Shown here piece after piece: positions 1 to 13,400 of a stretch of 64,000 nt of DNA. A model generated the notes under the pieces. The model had not been told where the DNA came from. It was given only the letters and a program-made list of their open reading frames with translations, and did not search any database. The position numbers and the translations under genes are program-made. Origin of the DNA: Eledone cirrhosa (Eukaryota); the NCBI GenBank assembly GCA_964016885.1, contig OZ024741.1:246822001-246886000 (forward strand), in the 5' to 3' direction. Positions within the stretch are counted from its first letter, which is position 1, and every line of letters begins with the position of its first letter.

Positions 1-841
1 CCCTGATTTTTTTTACAAATTATCTCCCCCTGATTTTTTTTTTACAAATTATCTCCCCCTGATTTTTTTTTACAAATTATCTACCCCTGATTTTTTTTTA
101 CAAATTATCTACCCCTGATTTTTTTTTACAAATTATCTCCCCCTGATTTTTTTTACAAATTATCTCCCCCTGATTTTTTTTACAAATTATCTACATCTGA
201 TTTTTTTACAAATTATCTCCCCTTGGCTGGCTGGAAATTATCTCCCCTTGGACGGCTAGAAATTACCTCTCCTTGGACGGCTGAAAATTATCTCCCCTTG
301 GACGGCTGGAAATTATCTCCCCTTGATTTTTTTACAAATTATCTCCCCCTGATTTTTTTTTTACAAATTATCTCCCCCTGATTTTTTTTTACAAATTATC
401 TACCCCTGATTTTTTTTTACAAATTATCTCCCCTTGATTTTTTTTACAAATTTTCTCCCCCTGATTTTTTTTTACAAATTATCTCCCCCTGATTTTTTTT
501 TACAAATTATCTCCCCCTGATTTTTGTTTACAAATTATCTACCCCTGATTTTTTTTTACAAATTATCTCCCCCTGATTTTTTTAAATGTTATCTCTCCTT
601 GGCTGGCGGGAAATTATCTCCCCTTGGACGGCTGGAAATTATCTCCCCTTGGAAGGATGGAAATTATCTCCCCTTGGACGGCTGAAAATTATCTACCCCT
701 GATTTTTTTTACAAATTATCTCCCCCTGATTTTTTTACAAATTATCTCCGCCTGATTTTTTTAAATGTTATCTCTCCTTGGCTGGCGGGAAATTATCTCC
801 CCTTGGACGGCTGAAAATTATCTACCCCTGATTTTTTTTAC

Positions 842-868
842 AAATTATCTCCCCCTGATTTTTTTTAC
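842..868 (+). repeat. Representative T-type monomer AAATTATCTCCCCCTGATTTTTTTTAC (27 bp with T8; 26-29 bp with T7-T10)
   Basis: Read directly. About 30% GC. Mostly in runs of 3-12. Recurring variants include CTACCCC, CTCCGCC, TTTTTGTTT, CCCTAA and CTACATCTGA. Confidence 0.98.
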
Positions 869-1055
869 AAATTATCTCCCCCTGATTTTTTTTACAAATT
901 ATCTACCCCTGATTTTTTTTACAAATTATCTCCCCCTGATTTTTTTTACAAATTATCTCCCCCTGATTTTTTTTTACAAATTATCTCCCCCTGATTTTTT
1001 TTTACAAATTATCTCCCCCTGATTTTTTTACAAATTATCTCCCCCTGATTTTTTT

Positions 1056-1330
1056 ACAATCTCCGCCTGATTTTTTAAAAAATTATCTTCCCTTGGCTGG
1101 CGGGAAATTATCTCCCCTTGGACGGCTGGAAATTATCTCCCCTTGGAAGGATGGAAATTATCTCCGCTTGGACGGCTGGAAATTATCTCCCCTTGCACGG
1201 CTGGAAATTATAGCCCCTTGGAGGGCTGGAAATTATCTCCCCTTGATATTTTTTACAAATTATCTCCCCCTGATTTTTTTTTCAAATTATCTCCCCCTGA
1301 TTTTTTTTACAAATTATCTCCCCCCTGATT
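1056..1330 (+). repeat. Rare variant module X (4-bp-deleted monomer ACAATCTCCGCC, then a six-monomer G block with TTGCACGG and TTATAGCCCC, then TTGATATTTT)
   Basis: Diagnostic TTGCACGG at 1193, 4376, 6830, 11999, 22998, 26191, 31006 and 33460. Confidence 0.88.
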
Positions 1331-2660
1331 TTTTTACAAATTATCTCCCCTTGGCTGGCTGGAAATTATCTCCCCTTGGAGGCTGGAACTTATCTCCCCT
1401 TGGACGGCTAGAAATTACCTCTCCTTGGACGGCTGGAAAATATGTCTCCTTGGACGGCTGGATATTATCTCCCCTTGGACGGCTGGAAATTATCTCCCCT
1501 TGGACGGCTGGAAATTATCTCCCCTTGGATGGCTAGATATTACCTCCCCTTGGACGGCTGGAAATTATCTCCCCTTGATTTTTTTTACAAATTATCTCCC
1601 CCTGATTTTTTTTTAAAAATTATCTCCCCCTGATTTTTGTTTACAAATTATCTCCGCCTGATTTTTTTTTAAAAATTATCTCCCCTTGGACGGCTGGAAA
1701 TTATCTCCCCTTGGACGGCTGGAAATTATATCTCCTTGGACGGCTAGAATTTACCTCTCCTTGGACGGCTGAAAATTATCTCCCCTTGGACGGCTGGAAA
1801 TTATCTCCCCTTGATTTTTTTTACAAATTATCTCCCCCTGATTTTTTTTTACAAATTATCTCCCCCTGATTTTTTTTTACAAATTATCTCCCCCTGATTT
1901 TTTTTTACAAATTATCTCCGCCTGATTTTTTTTACAAATTATCTCCGCCTGATTTTTTTAAATATTATCTCTCCTTGGCTGGCGGGAAATTATCTCCCCT
2001 TGGACGGCTGGAAATTATCTCCCCTTGGAAGGATGGAAATTATCTCCCCTTGGACGGCTGGAAATTATCTACCCCTGATTTTTTTTACAAATTATCTCCC
2101 CCTGATTTTTTTACAAATTATCTCCCCCTGATTTTTTTTACAAATTATCTCCGCCTGATTTTTTTAAATGTTATCTCTCCTTGGCTGGCGGGAAATTATC
2201 TCCCCTTGGACGGCTGGAAATTATCTCCCCTTGGAAGGATGGAAATTATCTCCCCTTGGACGGCTGAAAATTATCTACCCCTGATTTTTTTTACAAATTA
2301 TCTCCCCCTGATTTTTTTTACAAATTATCTCCCCCTGATTTTTTTTACAAATTATCTACCCCTGATTTTTTCTACAAATTATCTCCCCCTGATTTTTTTT
2401 ACAAATTATCTCCCCCTGATTTTTTTTTTACAAATTATCTCCCCCTGATTTTTTACAAATTATCTCCCCCTGATTTTTTTTTTACAAATTATCTCCCCCT
2501 GATTTTTTTACAAATTATCTCCCCTTGGCTGGCTGGAAATTTTCTCCCCTTGGAGGCTGGAACTTATCTCCCCTTGGACGGCTAGAAATTACCTCTCCTT
2601 GGACGGCTGGAAAATATGTCTCCTTGGACGGCTGGATATTATCTCCCCTTGGACGGCTGG

Positions 2661-2685
2661 AAATTATCTCCCCTTGGACGGCTGG
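2661..2685 (+). repeat. Representative G-type monomer AAATTATCTCCCCTTGGACGGCTGG (25 bp)
   Basis: Read directly. 52% GC. Mostly in runs of 4-9. Tail variants after TTGG include CTGGCTGG, CTGGCGGG, AAGGATGG, ACGGCTAG, ACGGCTGA, ATGGCTAG and AGGCTGG. Confidence 0.98.
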
Positions 2686-4465
2686 AAATTATCTCCCCTT
2701 GGATGGCTAGATATTACCTCCCCTTGGACGGCTGGAAATTATCTCCCCTTGATTTTTTTTACAAATTATCTCCCCCTGATTTTTTTTTACAAATTATCTC
2801 CCCCTGATTTTTTTTTACAAATTATCTCCCCCTGATTTTTGTTTACAAATTATCTCCGCCTGATTTTTTAAAAAAAATTATCTCCCCTTGGACGGCTGGA
2901 AATTATCTCCCCTTGGACGGCTAGAAATTACCTCCTTGGACGGCTGAAAATTATCTCCCCTTGGACGGCTGGAAATTATCTCCCCTTGATTTTTTTACAA
3001 ATTATCTCCCCCTGATTTTTTTTTTACAAATTATCTCCCCCTGATTTTTTTTTACAAATTATCTACCCCTGATTTTTTTTTACAAATTATCTCCCCCTGA
3101 TTTTTTTTACAAATTATCTCCCCTGATTTTTTTTTACAAATTATCTCCCCCTGATTTTTTTACAAATTATCTCCCCCTGATTTTTTTTACAAATTATCTC
3201 CGCCTGATATTTTTAAATATTATCTCTCCTTGGCTGGCGGGAAATTATCTCCCCTTGGACGGCTGGAAATTATCTCCCCTTGGAAGGATGGAAATTATCT
3301 CCCCTTGGACGGCTGGAAATTATCTACCCCTGATTTGTTTTACAAATTATCTCCCCCTGATTTTTTTTACAAATTATCTCCCCCTGATTTTTTTTTACAA
3401 ATTATCTACATCTGATTTTTTTACAAATTATCTCCTCTTGGCTGGCTGGAAATTATCTCCTCTTGGACGGCTAGAAATTACCTCTCCTTGGACGGCTGAA
3501 AATTATCTCCCCTTGGACGGCTGGAAATTATCTCCCCTTGATTTTTTTACAAATTATCTCCCCCTGATTTTTTTTTTACAAATTATCTCCCCCTGATTTT
3601 TTTTTACAAATTATCTACCCCTGATTTTTTTTTACAAATTATCTCCCCCTGATTTTTTTTTACGAATTATCTCCCCCTGATTTTTTTTTACAAATTATCT
3701 CCCCCTGATTTTTTTAAATGTTATCTCTCCTTGGCTGGCGGGAAATTATCTCCCCTTGGACGGCTGGAAATTATCTCCCCTTGGAAGGATGGAAATTATC
3801 TCCTCTTGGACGGCTGAAAATTATCTACCCCTGATTTTTTTTACAAATTATGTCCCCCTGATTTTTTTACAAATTATCTCCGCCTGATTTTTTTAAATGT
3901 TATCTCTCCTTGGCTGGCGGGAAATTATCTCCCCTTGGACGGCTGGAAATTATCTCCCCTTGGAAGGATGGAAATTATCTCCCCTTGGACGGCTGAAAAT
4001 CATCTACCCCTGATTTTTTTTACAAATTATCTCCCCCTGATTTTTTTTACAAATTATCTCCCCCTGATTATTTTTACAAATTATCTACCCCTGATTTTTT
4101 TTACAAATTATCTCCCCCTGATTTTTTTTACAAATTATCTCCCCCTGATTTTTTTTTACAAATTATCTCCCCCTGATTTTTTTTTACAAATTATCTCCCC
4201 CTGATTTTTTTACAAATTATCTCCCCCTGATTTTTTTTACAATCTCCGCCTGATTTTTTAAAAAATTATCTTCCCTTGGCTGGCGGGAAATTATCTCCCC
4301 TTGGACGGCTGGAAATTATCTCCCGTTGGAAGGATGGAAATTATCTCCCCTTGGACGGCTGGAAATTATCTCCCCTTGCACGGCTGGAAATTATAGCCCC
4401 TTGGAGGGCTGGAAATTATCTCCCCTTGATATTTTTTACAAATTATCTCCCCCTGATTTTTTTTT

Positions 4466-7400
4466 CAAATTATCTCCCCCTGATTTTTTTTACAAATTAT
4501 CTCCCCCCTGATTTTTTTACAAATTATCTCCCCTTGGCTGGCTGGAAATTATCTCCCCTTGGAGGCTGGAACTTATCTCCCCTTGGACGGCTAGAAATTA
4601 CCTCTCCTTGGACGGCTGGAAAATATGTCTCCTTGGACGGCTGGATATTATCTCCCCTTGGACGGCTGGAAATTATCTCCCCTTGGACGGCTGGAAATTA
4701 TCTCCCCTTGAGTGGCTAAATATTACCTCCCCTTGGACGGCTGGAAATTATCTCCCCTTGATTTTTTTTACAAATTATCTCCCCCTGATTTTTTTTTACA
4801 AATTATCTCCCCCTGATTTTTTTTTACAAATTATCTCCCCCTGATTTTTGTTTACAAATTATCTCCGCCTGATTTTTTAAAAAAAATTATCTCCCCTTGG
4901 ACGGCTGGAAATTATCTCCCCTTGGACGGCTAGAAATTACCTCCTTGGACGGCTGAAAATTATCTCCCCTTGGACGGCTGGAAATTATCTCCCCTTGATT
5001 TTTTTACAAATTATCTCCCCCTGATTTTTTTTTTACAAATTATCTCCCCCTGATTTTTTTTTACAAATTATCTCCCCCTGATTTTTTTACAAATTATCTC
5101 CCCCTGATTTTTTTTACAAATTATCTCCGCCTGATTTTTTTAAATATTATCTCTCCTTGGCTGGCGGGAAATTATCTCCCCTTGGACGGCTGGAAATTAT
5201 CTCCCCTTGGAAGGATGGAAATTATCTCCCCTTGGACGGCTGGAAATTATCTACCCCTGATTTTTTTTACAAATTATCTCCCCCTGATTTTTTTACAAAT
5301 TATCTCCCCCTGATTTTTTTTACAAATTATCTCCGCCTGATTTTTTTAAATGTTATCTCTCCTTGGCTGGCGGGAAATTATCTCCCCTTGGACGGCTGGA
5401 AATTGTCTCCCCTTGGAAGGATGGAAATTATCTCCCCTTGGACGGCTGGAAATTATCTACCCCTGATTTTTTTTACAAATTATCTCCCCCTGATTTTTTT
5501 TACAAATTATCTCCCCCTGATTTTTTTTTACAAATTATCTACCCCTGATTTTTTTACAAATTATCTCCCCTTGGCTGGCTGGAAATTATCTCCCCTTGGA
5601 CGGCTAGAAATTACCTGTCCTTGGACGGCTGAAAATTATCTCCCCTTGGACGGCTGGAAATTATCTCCCCTTGATTTTTTTACAAATTATCTCCCCCTGA
5701 TTTTTTTTTACAAATTATCTACCCCTGATTTTTTTTTACAAATTATCTCCCCTTGATTTTTTTTACAAATTATCTCCCCCTGATTTTTTTTTACAAATTA
5801 TCTCCCCCTGATTTTTTTTTACAAATTATCTCCCCCTGATTTTTGTTTACAAATTATCTCCGCCTGATTTTTTAAAAAAAATTATCTCCCCTTGGACGGC
5901 TGGAAATTATCTCCCCTTGGACGGCTAGAAATTACCTCTCCTTGGACGGCTGAAAATTATCTCCCCTTGGACGGCTGGAAATTATCTCCCCTTGATTTTT
6001 TTACAAATTATCTCCCCCTGATTTTTTTTTTACAAATTATCTCCCCCTGATTTTTTTTTACAAATTATCTACCCCTGATTTTTTTTTACAAATTATCTCC
6101 CCCTGATTTTTTTTTACGAATTATCTCCCCCTGATTTTTTTTTACAAATTATCTCCCCCTGATTTTTTTAAATGTTATCTCTCCTTGGCTGGCGGGAAAT
6201 TATCTCCCCTTGGACGGCTGGAAATTATCTCCCCTTGGAAGGATGGAAATTATCTCCCCTTGGACGGCTGAAAATTATCTACCCCTGATTTTTTTTACAA
6301 ATTATCTCCCCCTGATTTTTTTACAAATTATCTCCGCCTGATTTTTTTAAATGTTATCTCTCCTTGGCTGGCGGGAAATTATCTCCCCTTGGACGGCTGG
6401 AAATTATCTCCCCTTGGAAGGATGGAAATTATCTCCCCTTGGACGGCTGAAAATTATCTACCCCTGATTTTTTTTACAAATTATCTCCCCCTGATTTTTT
6501 TTACAAATTATCTCCCCCTGATTTTTTTTAGAAATTATCTACCCCTGATTTTTTTTACAAATTATCTCCCCCTGATTTTTTTTACAAATTATCTCCCCCT
6601 GATTTTTTTTTACAAATTATCTCCCCCTGATTTTTTTTTACAAATTATCTCCCCCTGATTTTTTTACAAATTATCTCCCCCTGATTTTTTTTACAATCTC
6701 CGCCTGATTTTTTAAAAAATTATCTTCCCTTGGCTGGCGGGAAATTATCTCCCCTTGGACGGCTGGAAATTATCTCCCCTTGGAAGGATGGAAATTATCT
6801 CCCCTTGGACGGCTGGAAATTATCTCCCCTTGCACGGCTGGAAATTATAGCCCCTTGGAGGGCTGGAAATTATCTCCCCTTGATATTTTTTACAAATTAT
6901 CTCCCCCTGATTTTTTTTTCAAATTATCTCCCCCTGATTTTTTTTACAAATTATCTCCCCCCTGATTTTTTTACAAATTATCTCCCCTTGGCTGGCTGGA
7001 AATTATCTCCCCTTGGAGGCTGGAACTTATCTCCCCTTGGACGGCTAGAAATTACCTCTCCTTGGACGGCTGGAAAATATGTCTCCTTGGACGGCTGGAT
7101 ATTATCTCCCCTTGGACGGCTGGAAATTATCTCCCCTTGGATGGCTAGATATTACCTCCCCTTGGACGGCTGGAAATTATCTCCCCTTGATTTTTTTTAC
7201 AAATTATCTCCCCCTGATTTTTTTTTACAAATTATCTCCCCCTGATTTTTTTTTAAAAATTATCTCCCCCTGATTTTTGTTTACAAATTATCTCCGCCTG
7301 ATTTTTTTTAAAAATTATCTCCCCTTGGACGGCTGGAAATTATCTCCCCTTGGACGGCTGGAAAATAATATCTCCTTGGACGGCTAGAATTTACCTCTCC

Positions 7401-10400
7401 TTGGACGGCTGAAAATTATCTCCCCTTGGACGGCTGGAAATTATCTCCCCTTGATTTTTTTTACAAATTATCTCCCCCTGATTTTTTTTTACAAATTATC
7501 TCCCCCTGATTTTTTTTTACAAATTATCTCCCCCTGATTTTTTTTTACAAATTATCTCCCCCTAATTTTTTTTTACAAATTATCTCCCCCTAATTTTTTT
7601 ACAAATTATCTCCCCTTGGCTGGCTGGAAATTATCTCCCCTTGGAGGCTGGAACTTATCTCCCCTTGGACGGCTAGAAATTACGTCTCCTTGGACGGCTG
7701 GAAAATATGTCTCCTTGGACGGCTGGATATTATCTCCCCTTGGACGGCTGGAAATTATCTCCCCTTGGACGGCTGGAAATTATCTCCCCTTGGATGGCTA
7801 GATATTACCTCCCCTTGGACGGCTGGAAATTATCTCCCCTTGATTTTTTTTACAAATTATCTCCCCCTGATTTTTTTTACAAATTATCTCCCCCTGATTT
7901 TTTTTTACAAATTATCTCCCCCTGATTTTTGTTTACAAATTATCTCCGCCTGATTTTTTTAAAAAAATTATCTCCCCTTGGACGGCTGGAAATTATCTCC
8001 CCTTGGACGGCTAGAAATTACCTCTCCTTGGACGGCTGAAAATTATCTCCCCTTGGACGGCTGGAAATTATCTCCCCTTGATTTTTTTACAAATTATCTC
8101 CCCCTGATTTTTTTTTACAAATTATCTCCCCCTGATTTTTTTTTACAAATTATCTACCCCTGATTTTTTTTTACAAATTATCTCCCCCTGATTTTTTTTA
8201 CAAATTATCTCCCCCTGATTTTTTTTTACAAATTATCTCCCCCTGATTTTTTTACAAATTATCTCCCCCTGATTTTTTTTACAAATTATCTCCGCCTGAT
8301 TTTTTTAAATATTATCTCTCCTTGGCTGGCGGGAAATTATCTCCCCTTGGACGGCTGGAAATTATCTCCCCTTGGAAGGATGGAAATTATCTCCCCTTGG
8401 ACGGCTGGAAATTATCTACCCCTGATTTTTTTTACAAATTATCTCCCCCTGATTTTTTTACAAATTATCTCCCCCTGATTTTTTTTACAAATTATCTCCG
8501 CCTGATTTTTTTAAATGTTATCTCTCCTTGGCTGGCGGGAAATTATCTCCCCTTGGAGGCTGGAACTTATCTCCCCTTGGACGGCTAGAAATTACCTCTC
8601 CTTGGACGGCTGGAAAATATGTCTCCTTGGACGGCTGGATATTATCTCCCCTTGGACGGCTGGAAATTATCTCCCCTTGGACGGCTGGAAATTATCTCCC
8701 CTTGGATGGCTAGATATTACCTCCCCTTTGACGGCTGGAAATTATCTCCCCTTGATTTTTTTTACAAATTATCTCCCCCTGATTTTTTTTTACAAATTAT
8801 CTCCCCCTGATTTTTTTTTACAAATTATCTCCCCCTGATTTTTGTTTACAAATTATCTCCGCCTGATTTTTTTAAAAAAATTATCTCCCCTTGGACGGCT
8901 GGAAATTATCTCCCCTTGGACGGCTAGAAATTACCTCTCCTTGGACGGCTGAAAATTATCTCCCCTTGGACGGCTGGAAATTATCTCCCCTTGATTTTTT
9001 TACAAATTATCTACCCCTGATTTTTTTTTTACAAATTATCTCCCCCTGATTTTTTTTTACAAATTATCTACCCCTGATTTTTTTTACAAATTATCTCCCC
9101 CTGATTTTTTTTACAAATTATCTCCCCCTGATTTTTTTTTACAAATTATCTCCCCCTGATTTTTTTACAAATTATCTCCCCCTGATTTTTTTTACAAATT
9201 ATCTCCGCCTGATTTTTTTAAATATTATCTCTCCTTGGCTGGCGGGAAATTATCTCCCCTTGGACGGCTGGAAATTATCTCCCCTTGGAAGGATGGAAAT
9301 TATCTCCCCTTGGACGGCTGGAAATTATCTACCCCTGATTTTTTTTACAAATTATCTCCCCCTGATTTTTTTACAAATTATCTCCCCCTGATTTTTTTTA
9401 GAAATTATCTCCGCCTGATTTTTTTAAATGTTATCTCTCCTTGGCTGGCGGGAAATTATCTCCCCTTGGACGGCTGGAAATTATCTCCCCTTGGAAGGAT
9501 GGAAATTATCTCCCCTTGGACGGCTGAAAATTATCTACCCCTGATTTTTTTTACAAATTATCTCCCCCTGATTTTTTTTACAAATTATCTCCCCCTGATT
9601 TTTTTTACAAATTATCTACCCCTGATTTTTTCTACAAATTATCTCCCCCTGATTTTTTTTACAAATTATCTCCCCCCTGATTTTTTTACAAATTATCTCC
9701 CCTTGGCTGGCTGGAAATTATCTCCCCTTGGAGGCTGGAACTTATCTCCCCTTGGACGGCTAGAAATTACCTCTCCTTGGACGGCTGGAAAATATGTCTC
9801 CTTGGACGGCTGGATATTATCTCCCCTTGGACGGCTGGAAATTATCTCCCCTTGGACGGCTGGAAATTATCTCCCCTTGAGTGGCTAAATATTACCTCCC
9901 CTTGGACGGCTGGAAATTATCTCCCCTTGATTTTTTTTACAAATTATCTCCCCCTGATTTTTTTTTACAAATTATCTCCCCCTGATTTTTTTTTACAAAT
10001 TATCTCCCCCTGATTTTTGTTTACAAATTATCTCCGCCTGATTTTTTAAAAAAAATTATCTCCCCTTGGACGGCTGGAAATTATCTCCCCTTGGACGGCT
10101 AGAAATTACCTCCTTGGACGGCTGAAAATTATCTCCCCTTGGACGGCTGGAAATTATCTCCCCTTGATTTTTTTACAAATTATCTCCCCCTGATTTTTTT
10201 TTTACAAATTATCTCCCCCTGATTTTTTTTTACAAATTATCTCCCCCTGATTTTTTTACAAATTATCTCCCCCTGATTTTTTTTACAAATTATCTCCGCC
10301 TGATTTTTTTAAATATTATCTCTCCTTGGCTGGCGGGAAATTATCTCCCCTTGGACGGCTGGAAATTATCTCCCCTTGGAAGGATGGAAATTATCTCCCC

Positions 10401-13400
10401 TTGGACGGCTGGAAATTATCTACCCCTGATTTTTTTTACAAATTATCTCCCCCTGATTTTTTTACAAATTATCTCCCCCTGATTTTTTTTACAAATTATC
10501 TCCGCCTGATTTTTTTAAATGTTATCTCTCCTTGGCTGGCGGGAAATTATCTCCCCTTGGACGGCTGGAAATTGTCTCCCCTTGGAAGGATGGAAATTAT
10601 CTCCCCTTGGACGGCTGGAAATTATCTACCCCTGATTTTTTTTACAAATTATCTCCCCCTGATTTTTTTTACAAATTATCTCCCCCTGATTTTTTTTTAC
10701 AAATTATCTACCCCTGATTTTTTTACAAATTATCTCCCCTTGGCTGGCTGGAAATTATCTCCCCTTGGACGGCTAGAAATTACCTGTCCTTGGACGGCTG
10801 AAAATTATCTCCCCTTGGACGGCTGGAAATTATCTCCCCTTGATTTTTTTACAAATTATCTCCCCCTGATTTTTTTTTACAAATTATCTACCCCTGATTT
10901 TTTTTTACAAATTATCTCCCCTTGATTTTTTTTACAAATTATCTCCCCCTGATTTTTTTTTACAAATTATCTCCCCCTGATTTTTTTTTACAAATTATCT
11001 CCCCCTGATTTTTGTTTACAAATTATCTCCGCCTGATTTTTTAAAAAAAATTATCTCCCCTTGGACGGCTGGAAATTATCTCCCCTTGGACGGCTAGAAA
11101 TTACCTCTCCTTGGACGGCTGAAAATTATCTCCCCTTGGACGGCTGGAAATTATCTCCCCTTGATTTTTTTACAAATTATCTCCCCCTGATTTTTTTTTT
11201 ACAAATTATCTCCCCCTGATTTTTTTTTACAAATTATCTACCCCTGATTTTTTTTTACAAATTATCTCCCCCTGATTTTTTTTTACGAATTATCTCCCCC
11301 TGATTTTTTTTTACAAATTATCTCCCCCTGATTTTTTTAAATGTTATCTCTCCTTGGCTGGCGGGAAATTATCTCCCCTTGGACGGCTGGAAATTATCTC
11401 CCCTTGGAAGGATGGAAATTATCTCCCCTTGGACGGCTGAAAATTATCTACCCCTGATTTTTTTTACAAATTATCTCCCCCTGATTTTTTTACAAATTAT
11501 CTCCGCCTGATTTTTTTAAATGTTATCTCTCCTTGGCTGGCGGGAAATTATCTCCCCTTGGACGGCTGGAAATTATCTCCCCTTGGAAGGATGGAAATTA
11601 TCTCCCCTTGGACGGCTGAAAATTATCTACCCCTGATTTTTTTTACAAATTATCTCCCCCTGATTTTTTTTACAAATTATCTCCCCCTGATTTTTTTTAG
11701 AAATTATCTACCCCTGATTTTTTTTACAAATTATCTCCCCCTGATTTTTTTTACAAATTATCTCCCCCTGATTTTTTTTTACAAATTATCTCCCCCTGAT
11801 TTTTTTTTACAAATTATCTCCCCCTGATTTTTTTACAAATTATCTCCCCCTGATTTTTTTTACAATCTCCGCCTGATTTTTTAAAAAATTATCTTCCCTT
11901 GGCTGGCGGGAAATTATCTCCCCTTGGACGGCTGGAAATTATCTCCCCTTGGAAGGATGGAAATTATCTCCCCTTGGACGGCTGGAAATTATCTCCCCTT
12001 GCACGGCTGGAAATTATAGCCCCTTGGAGGGCTGGAAATTATCTCCCCTTGATATTTTTTACAAATTATCTCCCCCTGATTTTTTTTTCAAATTATCTCC
12101 CCCTGATTTTTTTTACAAATTATCTCCCCCCTGATTTTTTTACAAATTATCTCCCCTTGGCTGGCTGGAAATTATCTCCCCTTGGAGGCTGGAACTTATC
12201 TCCCCTTGGACGGCTAGAAATTACCTCTCCTTGGACGGCTGGAAAATATGTCTCCTTGGACGGCTGGATATTATCTCCCCTTGGACGGCTGGAAATTATC
12301 TCCCCTTGGATGGCTAGATATTACCTCCCCTTGGACGGCTGGAAATTATCTCCCCTTGATTTTTTTTACAAATTATCTCCCCCTGATTTTTTTTTACAAA
12401 TTATCTCCCCCTGATTTTTTTTTAAAAATTATCTCCCCCTGATTTTTGTTTACAAATTATCTCCGCCTGATTTTTTTTAAAAATTATCTCCCCTTGGACG
12501 GCTGGAAATTATCTCCCCTTGGACGGCTGGAAAATAATATCTCCTTGGACGGCTAGAATTTACCTCTCCTTGGACGGCTGAAAATTATCTCCCCTTGGAC
12601 GGCTGGAAATTATCTCCCCTTGATTTTTTTTACAAATTATCTCCCCCTGATTTTTTTTTACAAATTATCTCCCCCTGATTTTTTTTTACAAATTATCTCC
12701 CCCTGATTTTTTTTTACAAATTATCTCCCCCTAATTTTTTTTTACAAATTATCTCCCCCTAATTTTTTTACAAATTATCTCCCCTTGGCTGGCTGGAAAT
12801 TATCTCCCCTTGGAGGCTGGAACTTATCTCCCCTTGGACGGCTAGAAATTACGTCTCCTTGGACGGCTGGAAAATATGTCTCCTTGGACGGCTGGATATT
12901 ATCTCCCCTTGGACGGCTGGAAATTATCTCCCCTTGGACGGCTGGAAATTATCTCCCCTTGGATGGCTAGATATTACCTCCCCTTGGACGGCTGGAAATT
13001 ATCTCCCCTTGATTTTTTTTACAAATTATCTCCCCCTGATTTTTTTTACAAATTATCTCCCCCTGATTTTTTTTTACAAATTATCTCCCCCTGATTTTTG
13101 TTTACAAATTATCTCCGCCTGATTTTTTTAAAAAAATTATCTCCCCTTGGACGGCTGGAAATTATCTCCCCTTGGACGGCTAGAAATTACCTCTCCTTGG
13201 ACGGCTGAAAATTATCTCCCCTTGGACGGCTGGAAATTATCTCCCCTTGATTTTTTTACAAATTATCTCCCCCTGATTTTTTTTTACAAATTATCTCCCC
13301 CTGATTTTTTTTTACAAATTATCTACCCCTGATTTTTTTTTACAAATTATCTCCCCCTGATTTTTTTTACAAATTATCTCCCCCTGATTTTTTTTTACAA

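Noticed and set aside
1978-1985. Chi-like GCTGGCGG at the start of two G4 blocks per HOR
   Set aside because: It is a 7/8 match to E. coli Chi (GCTGGTGG), explained by one ancestral tail variant. Nothing indicates a RecBCD context.
2862-2882. T6-A8 palindrome or intrinsic terminator-like T-tracts
   Set aside because: No stable GC hairpin precedes the T-tracts and there is no transcription unit. The TnAn is a simple variant of the T-type tail (TTAC replaced by A residues).
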